A stretch of DNA of 64,000 nt from a virus (IMGVR_UViG_3300047095_000666:1-64000), one strand, 5' to 3'. Shown: positions 8,529 through 17,678, counted from the first letter of the stretch. A program made the numbers and translations. Notes: generated by a model not told the origin, from the sequence alone.

Positions 8529-9691
8529 TGGATATTTACATCCCAACTACACTCGACGTTGATGGAGAAAAGATTTACCACTATGGCGCGTACGACAACG
8601 GAAACCTGTTGTCGGAGCACATGGTCGTCGACAAGGATAGGATAATCAAGCGACGTCTAAAAATGGGAGCTATAGGTCGCAAAGAAGCCGAAGCTCAGCA
8701 CAGTAAAGCAGTATATCGTATGAACAAGGCAACAAAATTCCTTATCAACCCAGAGGTGCTCTCATTTGTAGAGATGAATGCCGAGCATGACGCTATCAAA
8801 AAGATGTGTAGCATGTTCAGCGGAATGAATGTCAAAGGACTAAAGATGCCAAATCAAGAGGCCATCGGTTCGTTTCTAAGCAGTCAAATCCAGCTAATTG
8901 TCTCCGGAGCAGTTAAGGATACCTTTACCAAGAACTACATCAGATACTCTGATTTTCTCCAGTTGCCGTTTGATTCAGTTTTCTTTGAGAACCAAAACGT
9001 CGGATGCTTAATAGAAAAACACGAGACTAAACCAAACCTCTGGAAGGTATGGAGCTATCATCGACTCATCACTCCCAAGCAGTATTTTCTGATAGACCCC
9101 AAAACGGTTTTCAGAATGATTGGAAGTACAATCGAGCTAGAGAATCTTTCGATGTGTACTGCTCGTGACGATAAGGTGGTTATGTCTGTGACTGACGGGC
9201 ACGCCGTAGTCTACAAAAAGCCCTCTGTAACCTCTAGGCTTGCAGTAGATCCGAAGCATAGCGTGATAAAGAGAGAAGCGTTGGACGGTGAATTCATGAT
9301 GCGTGCTCAGATCAACGACGTCTGCAAACTACTAGTTGCAATCTTCCCATTGATCATGTTCGCCAACATGCATAATGTGTCGATTCACCGATATCAAATG
9401 AAACGAGGCGAGATCTCCAAAGCAATTCCAAACCCGATGCTTTCAAAATACGAGTATCGAGTGATCGACCTCTTCAGGGAGAAAACTGGGTTCGATAGTC
9501 TTGGTGAGATCAAGGAGTTCTTCCAGAATGCAAATAGGACGCTCGTTGATCGGAGAGCTCACATTGTTCGAGGACATTTCAAAGAAATTCGAGGAAAACT
9601 GTACTGGTGGAATTCGTTCATGCGAAACCACCACAACAGGGACACTCTTGGGTTCGTTGACAAGGGTTATGACATATCTGAAATCAAGTGA
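8528..9691 (+). CDS. Hypothetical protein with lower GC than its neighbours
   Basis: 387 aa ORF; TAATG overlap; C-terminal RRAHIVRGHFK motif. Confidence 0.8.
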   Translation: MDIYIPTTLDVDGEKIYHYGAYDNGNLLSEHMVVDKDRIIKRRLKMGAIGRKEAEAQHSKAVYRMNKATKFLINPEVLSFVEMNAEHDAIKKMCSMFSGMNVKGLKMPNQEAIGSFLSSQIQLIVSGAVKDTFTKNYIRYSDFLQLPFDSVFFENQNVGCLIEKHETKPNLWKVWSYHRLITPKQYFLIDPKTVFRMIGSTIELENLSMCTARDDKVVMSVTDGHAVVYKKPSVTSRLAVDPKHSVIKREALDGEFMMRAQINDVCKLLVAIFPLIMFANMHNVSIHRYQMKRGEISKAIPNPMLSKYEYRVIDLFREKTGFDSLGEIKEFFQNANRTLVDRRAHIVRGHFKEIRGKLYWWNSFMRNHHNRDTLGFVDKGYDISEIK

Positions 9692-9701
9692 GGAAATCCA
9701 A

Positions 9702-9968
9702 ATGACCATGAAAGAGAGACTCAAGACACTGGCGGTGACCTCCCAGTTCACCGTCAAGGACATCTACGTGCCGAGCAAGCACAGCGTCATGATGGCGACG
9801 ATTGTCATCGGCGGTCGAGAGATCCGCAACGTGGGGATCCCGTTCCCCAACCACCTGCCCGGAGAGTTCTCGATGGTGGGCTTTCCGGGTTTCTTTTCCG
9901 ACTGCTTCCGCCTGAATATCGTCAAGGCGGTCCAAGAAGCGATCGACAACCTAAAGGAAGACGAATGA
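9702..9968 (+). CDS. Hypothetical protein
   Basis: GAGGA SD, ATG at 9702. Confidence 0.65.
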   Translation: MTMKERLKTLAVTSQFTVKDIYVPSKHSVMMATIVIGGREIRNVGIPFPNHLPGEFSMVGFPGFFSDCFRLNIVKAVQEAIDNLKEDE

Positions 9969-10204
9969 AGAACCGTCCAAAGATCACCACCGTCGAGCAG
10001 ATCCGCCAGCAAGTACAGCGGATCGAGCCGGACCTGCCCCCGTTTGCCCTGAACTCCAAGGCCCTTGACGATCTGTATAAGCACGTCACCCGGACCGGGG
10101 ATCCCAAGGCGCTGATGCACCTGCGCCAGCAAGCGTGTCTCGCCAACGCGATGCAGGCCCTCCACGAGGGCTGGGACCTCGACTACCTCTACGAACTGAA
10201 CTGA
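9965..10204 (+). CDS. Hypothetical protein
   Basis: AAGGA SD, ATGA overlap. Confidence 0.7.
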   Translation: MKNRPKITTVEQIRQQVQRIEPDLPPFALNSKALDDLYKHVTRTGDPKALMHLRQQACLANAMQALHEGWDLDYLYELN

Positions 10205-10215
10205 AAGGAAGAAGC

Positions 10216-10608
10216 ATGAGCGAACAAGAAAAGACCTTCTCGGTCACGACCACCATCGAATCCCAGCGAATCGCCGACCTCGTGACCACTGCCTTCGAGG
10301 GAGGGAGCAACTACTGGATCGAGACCGTGTCAATCCTGAAGGTGCCTCCGAAGCCGGAGGGCGAGGACCACAGCTACCCGTGGTACTCGTTCAAGAACGT
10401 CTACGAGGACCCCGACTTCCAAGTCAAGATCAACGTGGAAGATGACGACCCGGTAATCTTCGATCACGCGTCCATCCAGCGCGGTCTGGACTACCTCTCC
10501 AAGAATTATCCTCGTCACATCAACGACATCCTGCAAGAGAACGATGACGCCGAGACCGCCGACGCGTTCCTGCAAGCATGCCTGTTCGGCGACATCGTCT
10601 ACGGCTGA
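10216..10608 (+). CDS. Conserved-looking phage hypothetical protein
   Basis: GAAAGGAAGAA SD; AFEGGSNYW and DAETADAFLQACLFGDIVYG. Confidence 0.8.
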   Translation: MSEQEKTFSVTTTIESQRIADLVTTAFEGGSNYWIETVSILKVPPKPEGEDHSYPWYSFKNVYEDPDFQVKINVEDDDPVIFDHASIQRGLDYLSKNYPRHINDILQENDDAETADAFLQACLFGDIVYG

Positions 10609-10619
10609 AAGGAGCCAAA

Positions 10620-11165
10620 GTGAAAGACATCCGAAACAAGTACGTCTCCGTGGTGAACAACGGGAATCTGACTCTCTGGACCGGCCCGAACCCGACCAAA
10701 GACGATGAAGCCATCGGCACTGCCTTGGCAACGGCGAACGCAATCAAGGAAGCATCGCCTGAAGCCACCGCATATCCGGTGATGGTAGTCCAGATCCTCC
10801 CCGGAGACGATCTGGCGAAGCTGCACGGCATCCACAAGAAGACCGGATACGTGGTCTGCGGATCGACCGGCTGCACCTGCTGCAAGAGCGAGAACTTCGT
10901 TGACGGTCTGTACGACGACGTCTCGGCGGCGATCGACAGCGCGTCCAGTCACAGCAAGCGCGGCACTGTCCGATCGCAGTACTCGAAAACCGGCATCTAC
11001 ACGGTGCGGGAGATCGTGTACGAGCAACTTCCGGATGGCCGGGTGATTGTCGGGAGCAGGGTCTTCGAGAGCTCTAGCTTCTGGGAGTCCGGCGAGGATG
11101 TCTACGACGCGTTCGCCTACGAGGGCAAGGAGGTCGGGAAGGAAGGCAGCTACTCCGAGCGGTGA
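10620..11165 (+). CDS. Hypothetical protein, Cys cluster
   Basis: AAGGAG SD, GTG at 10620; CGSTGCTCC. Confidence 0.7.
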   Translation: MKDIRNKYVSVVNNGNLTLWTGPNPTKDDEAIGTALATANAIKEASPEATAYPVMVVQILPGDDLAKLHGIHKKTGYVVCGSTGCTCCKSENFVDGLYDDVSAAIDSASSHSKRGTVRSQYSKTGIYTVREIVYEQLPDGRVIVGSRVFESSSFWESGEDVYDAFAYEGKEVGKEGSYSER

Positions 11166-11177
11166 TCCACCTTGATT

Positions 11178-11211
11178 AAAAGACGTTATCGAAAGGTAAC
11201 GTCTTTTTTTT
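11178..11211 (+). terminator. Intrinsic terminator
   Basis: AAAAGACGTTA-TCGAAAGG-TAACGTCTTTTTTTT. Confidence 0.8.
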
Positions 11212-11235
11212 CTTGATTACTGATGACAAAGTTCC

Positions 11236-11246
11236 AGATATATAAT
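11236..11246 (+). promoter_or_regulatory. Putative early phage promoter (AGATATATAAT)
   Basis: Recurrent motif, directly after a terminator. Confidence 0.5.
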
Positions 11247-11295
11247 GGGATTGATCGAAATACACGATTCACTGTCTCATTCTGAGGAGGGTAGT

Positions 11296-12561
11296 ATGGA
11301 AACGCAGCGATCAATCGAGACGGCAGTACTCCGTCAGATGTTCAACGAACAGCTGAATTTCAAGATGCATCACGCAGGGATAAGCGCAAGCAGCATCCTG
11401 CACGACAAGGAGGCCAGCGCCTTCCACAAGATCGTCGGCCTCCACGACACGATCTGGAACCACCTGAAGTCTTCCGACAGCAACGTCAAGGACCTGTTTT
11501 CTATGATCCTGATGCTGGCGGAGACCGACCTGACCCCGGCAGAAGTCGAGTACTACATCCGTCAGCTCTGCGGGCGTGGCGTGAACAGCGTGAACTCGGT
11601 GGCCGGTGCTTACCTGATTCTGGACTATGTGGGTCACGGGCTAGAGATGCCTGACGCTGCCAGATCGCTCGCAAAATCGCGGCGGTTCATGAATCCGGAA
11701 GAGTACACCGTAACTCTTCCGCCGTGTGCAAAGTCGTGTTTGACCTTCTTCACTTCTAACGTCCGGAACTCCGTCACGAAGCTGGTGAACAAGAAGGGCA
11801 AGTCCAAACTCGACGAGGTCCTGCTCATGTCGGACTCCGACTTCACTGGATGGAGAGAAAGTGCATGCAACAAAATCCTGGAGCATTCTTCTTTTGAAGA
11901 GTTGAAACAGATCTTCTCTAGCCCTGCGGTCTCTGTAAAGAAAAAGACCGCTCTCGCCAGAAAATTCATGCCATCGATAAACGGCGGGACAATCCAAATT
12001 CGCAGCTACGAACTCCCGGAGCAGTCCGTTCTGGAATTGATGTGGGACTGCTGCGCGATGAACTCTAAAAAGTCGGTGGCGCTGGCCGATACTGCTGTCA
12101 AGGTCTTAGACCACCGGCTGCAATACTACACTAGCCCGAAGGAGTTCATGCGAGTCCACAACAACTGGGGGTTCAAGAATGCCAGCAACTTCGACCCTCC
12201 CGTTCCGATCAAGCGCCAAGCACTTCAGGATTTCTTCATCTCGAAAGACAAATTCCTGGAGGCAATCTGTTACGCAGTCGAGTACGCATCCACCGAAAAG
12301 AAGACTCGGAACGGAGCTGCCGATCTGGCAAACATGCTGGAGAGCTTCGCAAGGGTTCACGATGAATGCAAGGTGAAAACCCGGAAGTGGCTGAGTCTCG
12401 AAGATGCAGAAAACTTCAGCAATGTACTCGTTGATGTCTTCGAATACAGACCGTGGAACAAGAACAATCACAACGGGAAAGCGAAGCCCGAGAAGCTGGA
12501 CTTCGTCGCCCGCTATCTTCCGGAAGACGACGCCAAGCGTCTGATTCTCATGTTTGGCTAA
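11296..12561 (+). CDS. Hypothetical protein; paralog of 13839-15032
   Basis: GAGGAGG SD; matching termini (QRSIETAV ... EDDAKRLILMFG). Confidence 0.8.
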   Translation: METQRSIETAVLRQMFNEQLNFKMHHAGISASSILHDKEASAFHKIVGLHDTIWNHLKSSDSNVKDLFSMILMLAETDLTPAEVEYYIRQLCGRGVNSVNSVAGAYLILDYVGHGLEMPDAARSLAKSRRFMNPEEYTVTLPPCAKSCLTFFTSNVRNSVTKLVNKKGKSKLDEVLLMSDSDFTGWRESACNKILEHSSFEELKQIFSSPAVSVKKKTALARKFMPSINGGTIQIRSYELPEQSVLELMWDCCAMNSKKSVALADTAVKVLDHRLQYYTSPKEFMRVHNNWGFKNASNFDPPVPIKRQALQDFFISKDKFLEAICYAVEYASTEKKTRNGAADLANMLESFARVHDECKVKTRKWLSLEDAENFSNVLVDVFEYRPWNKNNHNGKAKPEKLDFVARYLPEDDAKRLILMFG

Positions 12562-12575
12562 CTATAGGAAATGAA

Positions 12576-13028
12576 ATGGATAATTACTTAATTGCGTATC
12601 TCATTGTCGGATTGGCTCTTGGGGTCTGTCTGCTGTTGTGGGGTTACATCGATGAGTGGATCGTCCGGTACTACGAGCGTTTTCACATGCCGAAGTACTA
12701 CTACGAGAACGGGGAGTGGCGTACTCGTCCGGCGAGCGGAAAGAAGATACCGGTCTGGGTCTGGATGCGCTACAACTCTCCAGAGCGAGGAAAGCTCTGG
12801 GTTGTGTGGGTCTTCGCCGGTGCGGTAGCGATCCCAGTCGTGAACGTCATCGTCGGCGTATGGTTTCTGATCGGAGCAATCAAGGAGAAGCTGGCGCAGT
12901 GGGAACACGAGTCTCTCGAACGAGAGAAGAGAGAACGGCATGCCATGTGCAGACGGCTAGTCGAGGAGTACGAGCGTTCTCCGGCGGCAAGGAAAGCTTC
13001 TACCTCCAACGGGAGAAACTCGGTATGA
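12576..13028 (+). CDS. Membrane protein with two TM segments
   Basis: YLIAYLIVGLALGVCLLLW and VVWVFAGAVAIPVVNVIVGVWFLIG. Confidence 0.7.
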   Translation: MDNYLIAYLIVGLALGVCLLLWGYIDEWIVRYYERFHMPKYYYENGEWRTRPASGKKIPVWVWMRYNSPERGKLWVVWVFAGAVAIPVVNVIVGVWFLIGAIKEKLAQWEHESLEREKRERHAMCRRLVEEYERSPAARKASTSNGRNSV

Positions 13029-13477
13029 AGTATAACAAAGGGGATTTGCTATCTGTGACGAGCGGAGGAATCATTCACGGCTGTAACGCGCAAGGCGTGA
13101 TGAACTCCGGAGTCGCCAAAGATATCAGACAGAAGTGGGCGGTAGTTTACCAAGATTACAAAGCGGCTGAGGAGTGCCGTGGTCTGATCTTGGGAACTGC
13201 AGCCAGCTTCACTAACGTTGCCAAAGACCTGTGGGTCGTCAACTGCATCACGCAGAAGTACTACGGTTACGATAGAAAGAAGTACGCATCGTACGACGCT
13301 ATAGACAGCTCAGTCCGGGAAGCGGTACGCTTCCTAAGAGATAATCATTCGATCTCTGAGTTCCACGTCCCGAAGATCGGGGCTGGGAGAGGCGGTCTCG
13401 ACTGGAGAGTAGTCGAGACGGTCTTGAAGGTGATCGAGGAAGAAGAGCAAGTCACAATAGACGTCTGGTGGAAATAG
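13025..13477 (+). CDS. Macrodomain protein (Appr-1-p processing, T4 tk.4-like)
   Basis: KGDLL, IIHGCNAQGVMNSGVAK, PKIGAGRGGLDW. Confidence 0.9.
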   Translation: MKYNKGDLLSVTSGGIIHGCNAQGVMNSGVAKDIRQKWAVVYQDYKAAEECRGLILGTAASFTNVAKDLWVVNCITQKYYGYDRKKYASYDAIDSSVREAVRFLRDNHSISEFHVPKIGAGRGGLDWRVVETVLKVIEEEEQVTIDVWWK

Positions 13478-13562
13478 CCCCAAGCAGACACCTACAACTA
13501 ATAGCAAAGTCTCACCAAGACAGCGGGCGCAACAAGCTAGCCATCAACTGCTGAGGTGAATC

Positions 13563-13790
13563 ATGCTTAAAAAGAGATACGAGTACGTCGTAGAAGACGT
13601 CAGAGGGAATGCCTTTCGGGCGGTTCTCCGAGACAGATTTGGAATCGTTTTCGTTGTGGACGAGACGCTCGTCGACCACGGGTACATGAAGAATCGCTGC
13701 GACATGGCTGGCCTGACCAAGTTCCTGAACGAGGTTGGCATTTTGCCAGAGCACTACTCGATAAAGACGGTGGACATTCCACCAGCATAG
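13563..13790 (+). CDS. Small hypothetical protein
   Basis: GAGGTG SD. Confidence 0.65.
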   Translation: MLKKRYEYVVEDVRGNAFRAVLRDRFGIVFVVDETLVDHGYMKNRCDMAGLTKFLNEVGILPEHYSIKTVDIPPA

Positions 13791-13797
13791 TTAAACC

Positions 13798-13825
13798 AAA
13801 AAGGCCGGGAGTTCCCGGCCTTTTT
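13798..13825. terminator. Intrinsic terminator, bidirectional type
   Basis: AAAAAGGCCGGGA-GT-TCCCGGCCTTTTT. Confidence 0.8.
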
Positions 13826-13838
13826 CAAGGAGGTCGAT

Positions 13839-15032
13839 ATGGACCAACGTAGCATGGACAGAACTGTCGTATACGCCCTGATGAGGAACGAAGGCGGGGG
13901 CGTTACGCTTTACTACGACTCTGGCGAGCAAGAGATCTCAGAAGTAGACATGCGCGAGGTCGTCGACGATGAAACGATCTCGGAAGTGAACAAGGCCATC
14001 TTCTTCGGTACCCAGTTCCCGGACCTTATCCGGAAGAACACCAAGCTCCGAGACGAAGACTTCGAGTATGTCATGCGGAAGGTGTACAGAATATTCGAAG
14101 GACTCGGATTCGATGAGCACCGCCTCGAAAACGTCCTAGAGAAATTCTTCTACCGATTGTCGTACGGAGTGTCAAGCGAAAACTTCACCCCCTTCGTGGC
14201 ACTAAGGATGCTCCACGACGATCTTGGGAGACCGGAGTTAGCCAAGAAAATAGCCAGAGACAGATCGAACTTCACTCAGCCTCACACGTACAATGGCGTT
14301 GACGAAGCTCGTAAGGAAGTTATTCGCTCAGCGATGCACGTCTTCGATGCAAAGGCTCAGACCATCATAACGGAGTACATCGGTGGAAGGACGACCTTGA
14401 CCCTGATGGAGTACATGGTTTTGAAGAAGCCAACCGAGATTTTCTGGAGTAGTGAGTTGACCGGGATAATTTCTCATACGCCGTTAGAAGAGCTACGGGA
14501 AGTACTTCTGAGCTTGAAGGTGACAGCGCAGAAGAAGATCAAGTTTCTTGAAACCTTCGACTTCGATAACAGCTTCAATGCGGTAGGGAAGCTCCCGGCA
14601 AAGGATAAACTGAAGCTGCTGTGGGACATGGGAACGTCTGGTAGATCAGTATCACTTCTCCATGACTGTATGTCGAAGTTTCACAAGATCTTGCTGCAAG
14701 ACGGTGACCATCGTCGCCATTTCACCCAGTTCCTCAATGACAAAGAGAACTTCTTCCATCTGCTGCGATCCCTGCATCGCATCATCGGCAACAAGAAATT
14801 GGAAGACTTCGGGCAGTCAATCTGGGTTGCAGTCAAGAGCTATATTCCGATTAGCTGGAAATGGGAGGGAGGAAAGTCCCTTTCCAATTTCAGCCTGAAG
14901 ATCGACATCGACGAGTACACTGAGTTCAGGAGCATCCTGCAGTATGTCGAGAGCTACGACAAAGAAGACGAAGTCCTGTCGGTTATCATGAGCGAAGATG
15001 ACCGCAAGAAAGTAAAACTGATTTTTGGTTGA
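13839..15032 (+). CDS. Hypothetical protein; paralog of 11296-12561
   Basis: AAGGAGG SD; MDQRSMDRTV ... EDDRKKVKLIFG. Confidence 0.8.
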   Translation: MDQRSMDRTVVYALMRNEGGGVTLYYDSGEQEISEVDMREVVDDETISEVNKAIFFGTQFPDLIRKNTKLRDEDFEYVMRKVYRIFEGLGFDEHRLENVLEKFFYRLSYGVSSENFTPFVALRMLHDDLGRPELAKKIARDRSNFTQPHTYNGVDEARKEVIRSAMHVFDAKAQTIITEYIGGRTTLTLMEYMVLKKPTEIFWSSELTGIISHTPLEELREVLLSLKVTAQKKIKFLETFDFDNSFNAVGKLPAKDKLKLLWDMGTSGRSVSLLHDCMSKFHKILLQDGDHRRHFTQFLNDKENFFHLLRSLHRIIGNKKLEDFGQSIWVAVKSYIPISWKWEGGKSLSNFSLKIDIDEYTEFRSILQYVESYDKEDEVLSVIMSEDDRKKVKLIFG

Positions 15033-15052
15033 ACCACTGAAAGGAAAGAAGA

Positions 15053-15547
15053 ATGAAGAAGCAAGAGATCATCGACCGCGTGAAGAACGTGACCGCCCAC
15101 ATGCTGGGCTTCAACGCCAGCGACATCAACGAGGAAGATTCCTTCGTCGACAAGCTCGGTGCTGATTCTCTCGACCAGATCGAGATGGTCATGGCGATCG
15201 AGGAAGAGTTCGAGATCGAGATCGACGACGAGACTGCTGAGAAGTTCGAGACCGTTTCCGACGTCGTGAAGTACATCACCGTCCGGCTGAACGGGGCCGA
15301 CGAGATCCCTGACGTGGTGCGCTTCCAGCTCGTGGTGGACGTCGAATACGATCCCAACGGCGTTGACCCCGACGTCCTGCAGCACAACCTGACCCACATG
15401 GTTGACACCGCAGTCGGCAACGGCGCTCTGACCGGAGAAACTGCAGCAACCGTCGAGAACTGGCACTACAACGTCAGCCGCGTGGTCATCAACGACGCGA
15501 CCCTTGCCGCCGCCAAGGTCGAGGTCGCAGCAGAGGAGCACTTCTGA
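15053..15547 (+). CDS. acpP: Acyl carrier protein fused to an ~85 aa C-terminal domain
   Basis: LGADSLDQIEMVMAIEEEFEIEIDDETAEKFETVSDVVKYI with intact DSL phosphopantetheine site. Confidence 0.88.
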   Translation: MKKQEIIDRVKNVTAHMLGFNASDINEEDSFVDKLGADSLDQIEMVMAIEEEFEIEIDDETAEKFETVSDVVKYITVRLNGADEIPDVVRFQLVVDVEYDPNGVDPDVLQHNLTHMVDTAVGNGALTGETAATVENWHYNVSRVVINDATLAAAKVEVAAEEHF

Positions 15548-15885
15548 TGAACGCTCCTCTGAATCCCTCCACTATGGAGTCTACCGAGGAAGAGGAGCAA
15601 GCCTTCAAGGAGCTCGAAAAAAAGTGCTCGGTCTCGAAGTCTGACGACGATGACACCAGTCGAGTCCAGATGGTCGGGAACTTGATGATCGGTGGGGGCG
15701 AGATCCCGCTGTGCATGATCCGGGTGGGCGGTACCAAGTATTACCTTCCGGACACCGAACAGATGGTGTTCTACACCGGGAAACCCCACGGCGAGAACGG
15801 CAACGTCCACGTCTGCGCTCTCGGCACCGGCCAGACTTTCTACGTGGCGCACACGCGCCTCCGCAACGTCATCTCCCTGAAATGA
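15547..15885 (+). CDS. Hypothetical protein
   Basis: TGATG overlap with the ACP gene. Confidence 0.65.
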   Translation: MNAPLNPSTMESTEEEEQAFKELEKKCSVSKSDDDDTSRVQMVGNLMIGGGEIPLCMIRVGGTKYYLPDTEQMVFYTGKPHGENGNVHVCALGTGQTFYVAHTRLRNVISLK

Positions 15886-15890
15886 CGAAG

Positions 15891-15930
15891 AAGATCCATA
15901 CCCGTTCTGGGTATGGATCTTTTTTTTTTT
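15891..15930. terminator. Terminator between convergent genes
   Basis: AAGATCCATACCC-GTTCT-GGGTATGGATCTT plus T run. Confidence 0.85.
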
Positions 15931-16318
15931 ACTTGCAGAACATCCGTAGGAAATCCTCCGGCATCCTGAGCAGTACGGTGCTTCTTTCTGAGGTGTCAGC
16001 GTAAACCAACTCCTGCCCGAGCATCTTGGTTGTTGTCTGGTGGACTCTAAGTATCTTCTCAAGCCCGAGGACGTCTTCAGCGACCACGCCAAGGCGCGTA
16101 TTGCCGGAGCCGATTATGACGATGTACTGACCCTTTTTCGGGTCTTTGGCGATGACGTTGAGCATACCTCGCTCAGTACTCAACAATCCAAGATGGCCGG
16201 GAGGAGACCCCGGAATCGCAGTGATGTGGGCTGAATTGAAGCTGATGACGCGCTCCACTCCAAGATCCTCAACACCGTAGACGATTCCGTCTATGACAAA
16301 AGTTAGGAGTCTCATCAC
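15929..16318 (-). CDS. cheW: CheW-like coupling protein
   Basis: LLTFVIDGIVYGV..VERVI / ITAIPGSPPGHLGLLSTERGMLNVI / IVIIGSGNTRLGVVAEDVLGL follow the CheW strand pattern. Confidence 0.7.
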   Translation of the reverse strand: MMRLLTFVIDGIVYGVEDLGVERVISFNSAHITAIPGSPPGHLGLLSTERGMLNVIAKDPKKGQYIVIIGSGNTRLGVVAEDVLGLEKILRVHQTTTKMLGQELVYADTSERSTVLLRMPEDFLRMFCK

Positions 16319-16333
16319 GGGCGAAGGTTCCTC

Positions 16334-16825
16334 CTAGTTACACCAGCTGGCCCGTTGGCCCTTGCCGTCGTATGGGTGGGCATACCCCTTGTTTATCAGG
16401 ATCTCAGCCACGTTGAACTTCGTCCCAGTCGGCGAAATGATGATCAGATTGCCTAAGATTCGACCGCCGTACTTGTCCCACTTCGGGTTGGCGATGGTGA
16501 TCGTCTTGACCCCGGCGAGCATCTTCTCCAGTGCGTCTCTTGCCTCGTCGGCCTTGGCCGCTTCGGACGGGCAAGAAGCCTTGGTCCCGCGCTCAGGGGT
16601 GTCAATGCCAATGATGCGAAGACGCATCTTGTTGAGGGGTGCGGGAAGGATGTCGTACCGGATGTCCACCGTGTCTCCGTCGTAGACGCCTACCAGAGCG
16701 ACCTCGATCGAGTTGACTGCTTTGGTCGTCGCGGCATGCGCGGGGTGGCAGCTAGAGAGGGTGACCATCAGCAGGATCAGGAAGAAATACATCAAGCCGT
16801 CCAGTCGGCTGTATCTTTGGTGCAT
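16334..16825 (-). CDS. Thermonuclease (SNase family) with an N-terminal signal or TM segment
   Basis: VYDGDTV, RLRIIGIDTPE, DKYGGRILG, LINKGYA; GGAG SD before ATG 16825. Confidence 0.9.
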   Translation of the reverse strand: MHQRYSRLDGLMYFFLILLMVTLSSCHPAHAATTKAVNSIEVALVGVYDGDTVDIRYDILPAPLNKMRLRIIGIDTPERGTKASCPSEAAKADEARDALEKMLAGVKTITIANPKWDKYGGRILGNLIIISPTGTKFNVAEILINKGYAHPYDGKGQRASWCN

Positions 16826-16848
16826 TTGGATGCTCCGGTTGGTTGAAC

Positions 16849-16860
16849 TACCCATTTGTT
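16849..16860 (-). promoter_or_regulatory. Putative late promoter AACA-N6-TA
   Basis: AACA AATGGG TA on the minus strand upstream of the nuclease and CheW genes. Confidence 0.55.
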
Positions 16861-16899
16861 ACTTGACGACTTTTTGCCGTCACGAGACGGAGCATCGGG

Positions 16900-16911
16900 A
16901 ACAGTAAGGTA
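16900..16911 (+). promoter_or_regulatory. Putative late promoter AACA-N6-TA
   Basis: AACA GTAAGG TA upstream of the neck gene. Confidence 0.65.
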
Positions 16912-16938
16912 GTCAATTCCACTTTTGGATCATAGAAA

Positions 16939-17655
16939 ATGATTGCCGAACTCGTGAACAACATCAAGGCGCGTCTTGGCGCGTCGCACCGAAATCTAGA
17001 GCTAGACGACCGGGACATCGTCAACCTCCTACAGAATGAGACGCTGAAGACGGCCTCGATCTACAACCCCTTCTTCCTCGAATACCTGCTCGACCCGGAG
17101 ACCGAGCGGGTCGAAGGGATGGGCAACGTCTTCAACGTCCCGATGGAGATCGCCGGGTTCGAGACGATGGGCGTCGAGAAAGTCTTTGCCGCCCAGAACA
17201 CCGCGTCAATGTACGGATTCGTTCCATACGGGATCCTCGGCGGGGACATCGGGACCATCATGGGGAACTACCTCAATATGAAGCTGGCGAACGGGATCAC
17301 CGGCTTGATGCTCCCGCCCGACACTTTCCAGTACGTCCATCCGGGGATGCTGCGCATCTTCAACACGTACACCCAGAACAAGTACTTCGTCGTGCTTCGG
17401 ACCACTCACAAGAAGGACTTCAGCACCTTCCCCTACGGCCTCCGCGAGACGATCATGAAGCTGGCGCTGGCCGACGTCGCCAACGACCTGCTCGGCATCA
17501 GAACCTTCTTCCAGAACCTCGGCAGCACCTTTGCCGAGATCAACCTTAATACCGACATGCTCAACAACTGGGCTGACAAACGCGACGATCTCATTGAGAA
17601 CATGCGTAAAAACCAGTTGAAGAACGCCGGTGTCCGTAAAATCTACGTGGCATAA
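16939..17655 (+). CDS. Putative neck (head-tail connector) protein, T4 gp13-like
   Basis: IKARLGASHRNLELDDRDI resembles the gp13 N-terminus ILRRLGAPIINVELTPDQI; late promoter upstream. Confidence 0.55.
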   Translation: MIAELVNNIKARLGASHRNLELDDRDIVNLLQNETLKTASIYNPFFLEYLLDPETERVEGMGNVFNVPMEIAGFETMGVEKVFAAQNTASMYGFVPYGILGGDIGTIMGNYLNMKLANGITGLMLPPDTFQYVHPGMLRIFNTYTQNKYFVVLRTTHKKDFSTFPYGLRETIMKLALADVANDLLGIRTFFQNLGSTFAEINLNTDMLNNWADKRDDLIENMRKNQLKNAGVRKIYVA

Positions 17656-17666
17656 CTACGCCCCCT

Positions 17667-17678
17667 AACATAAGTGTA
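17667..17678 (+). promoter_or_regulatory. Putative late promoter AACA-N6-TA with no convincing downstream CDS
   Basis: AACA TAAGTG TA immediately upstream of the structured region. Confidence 0.6.
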
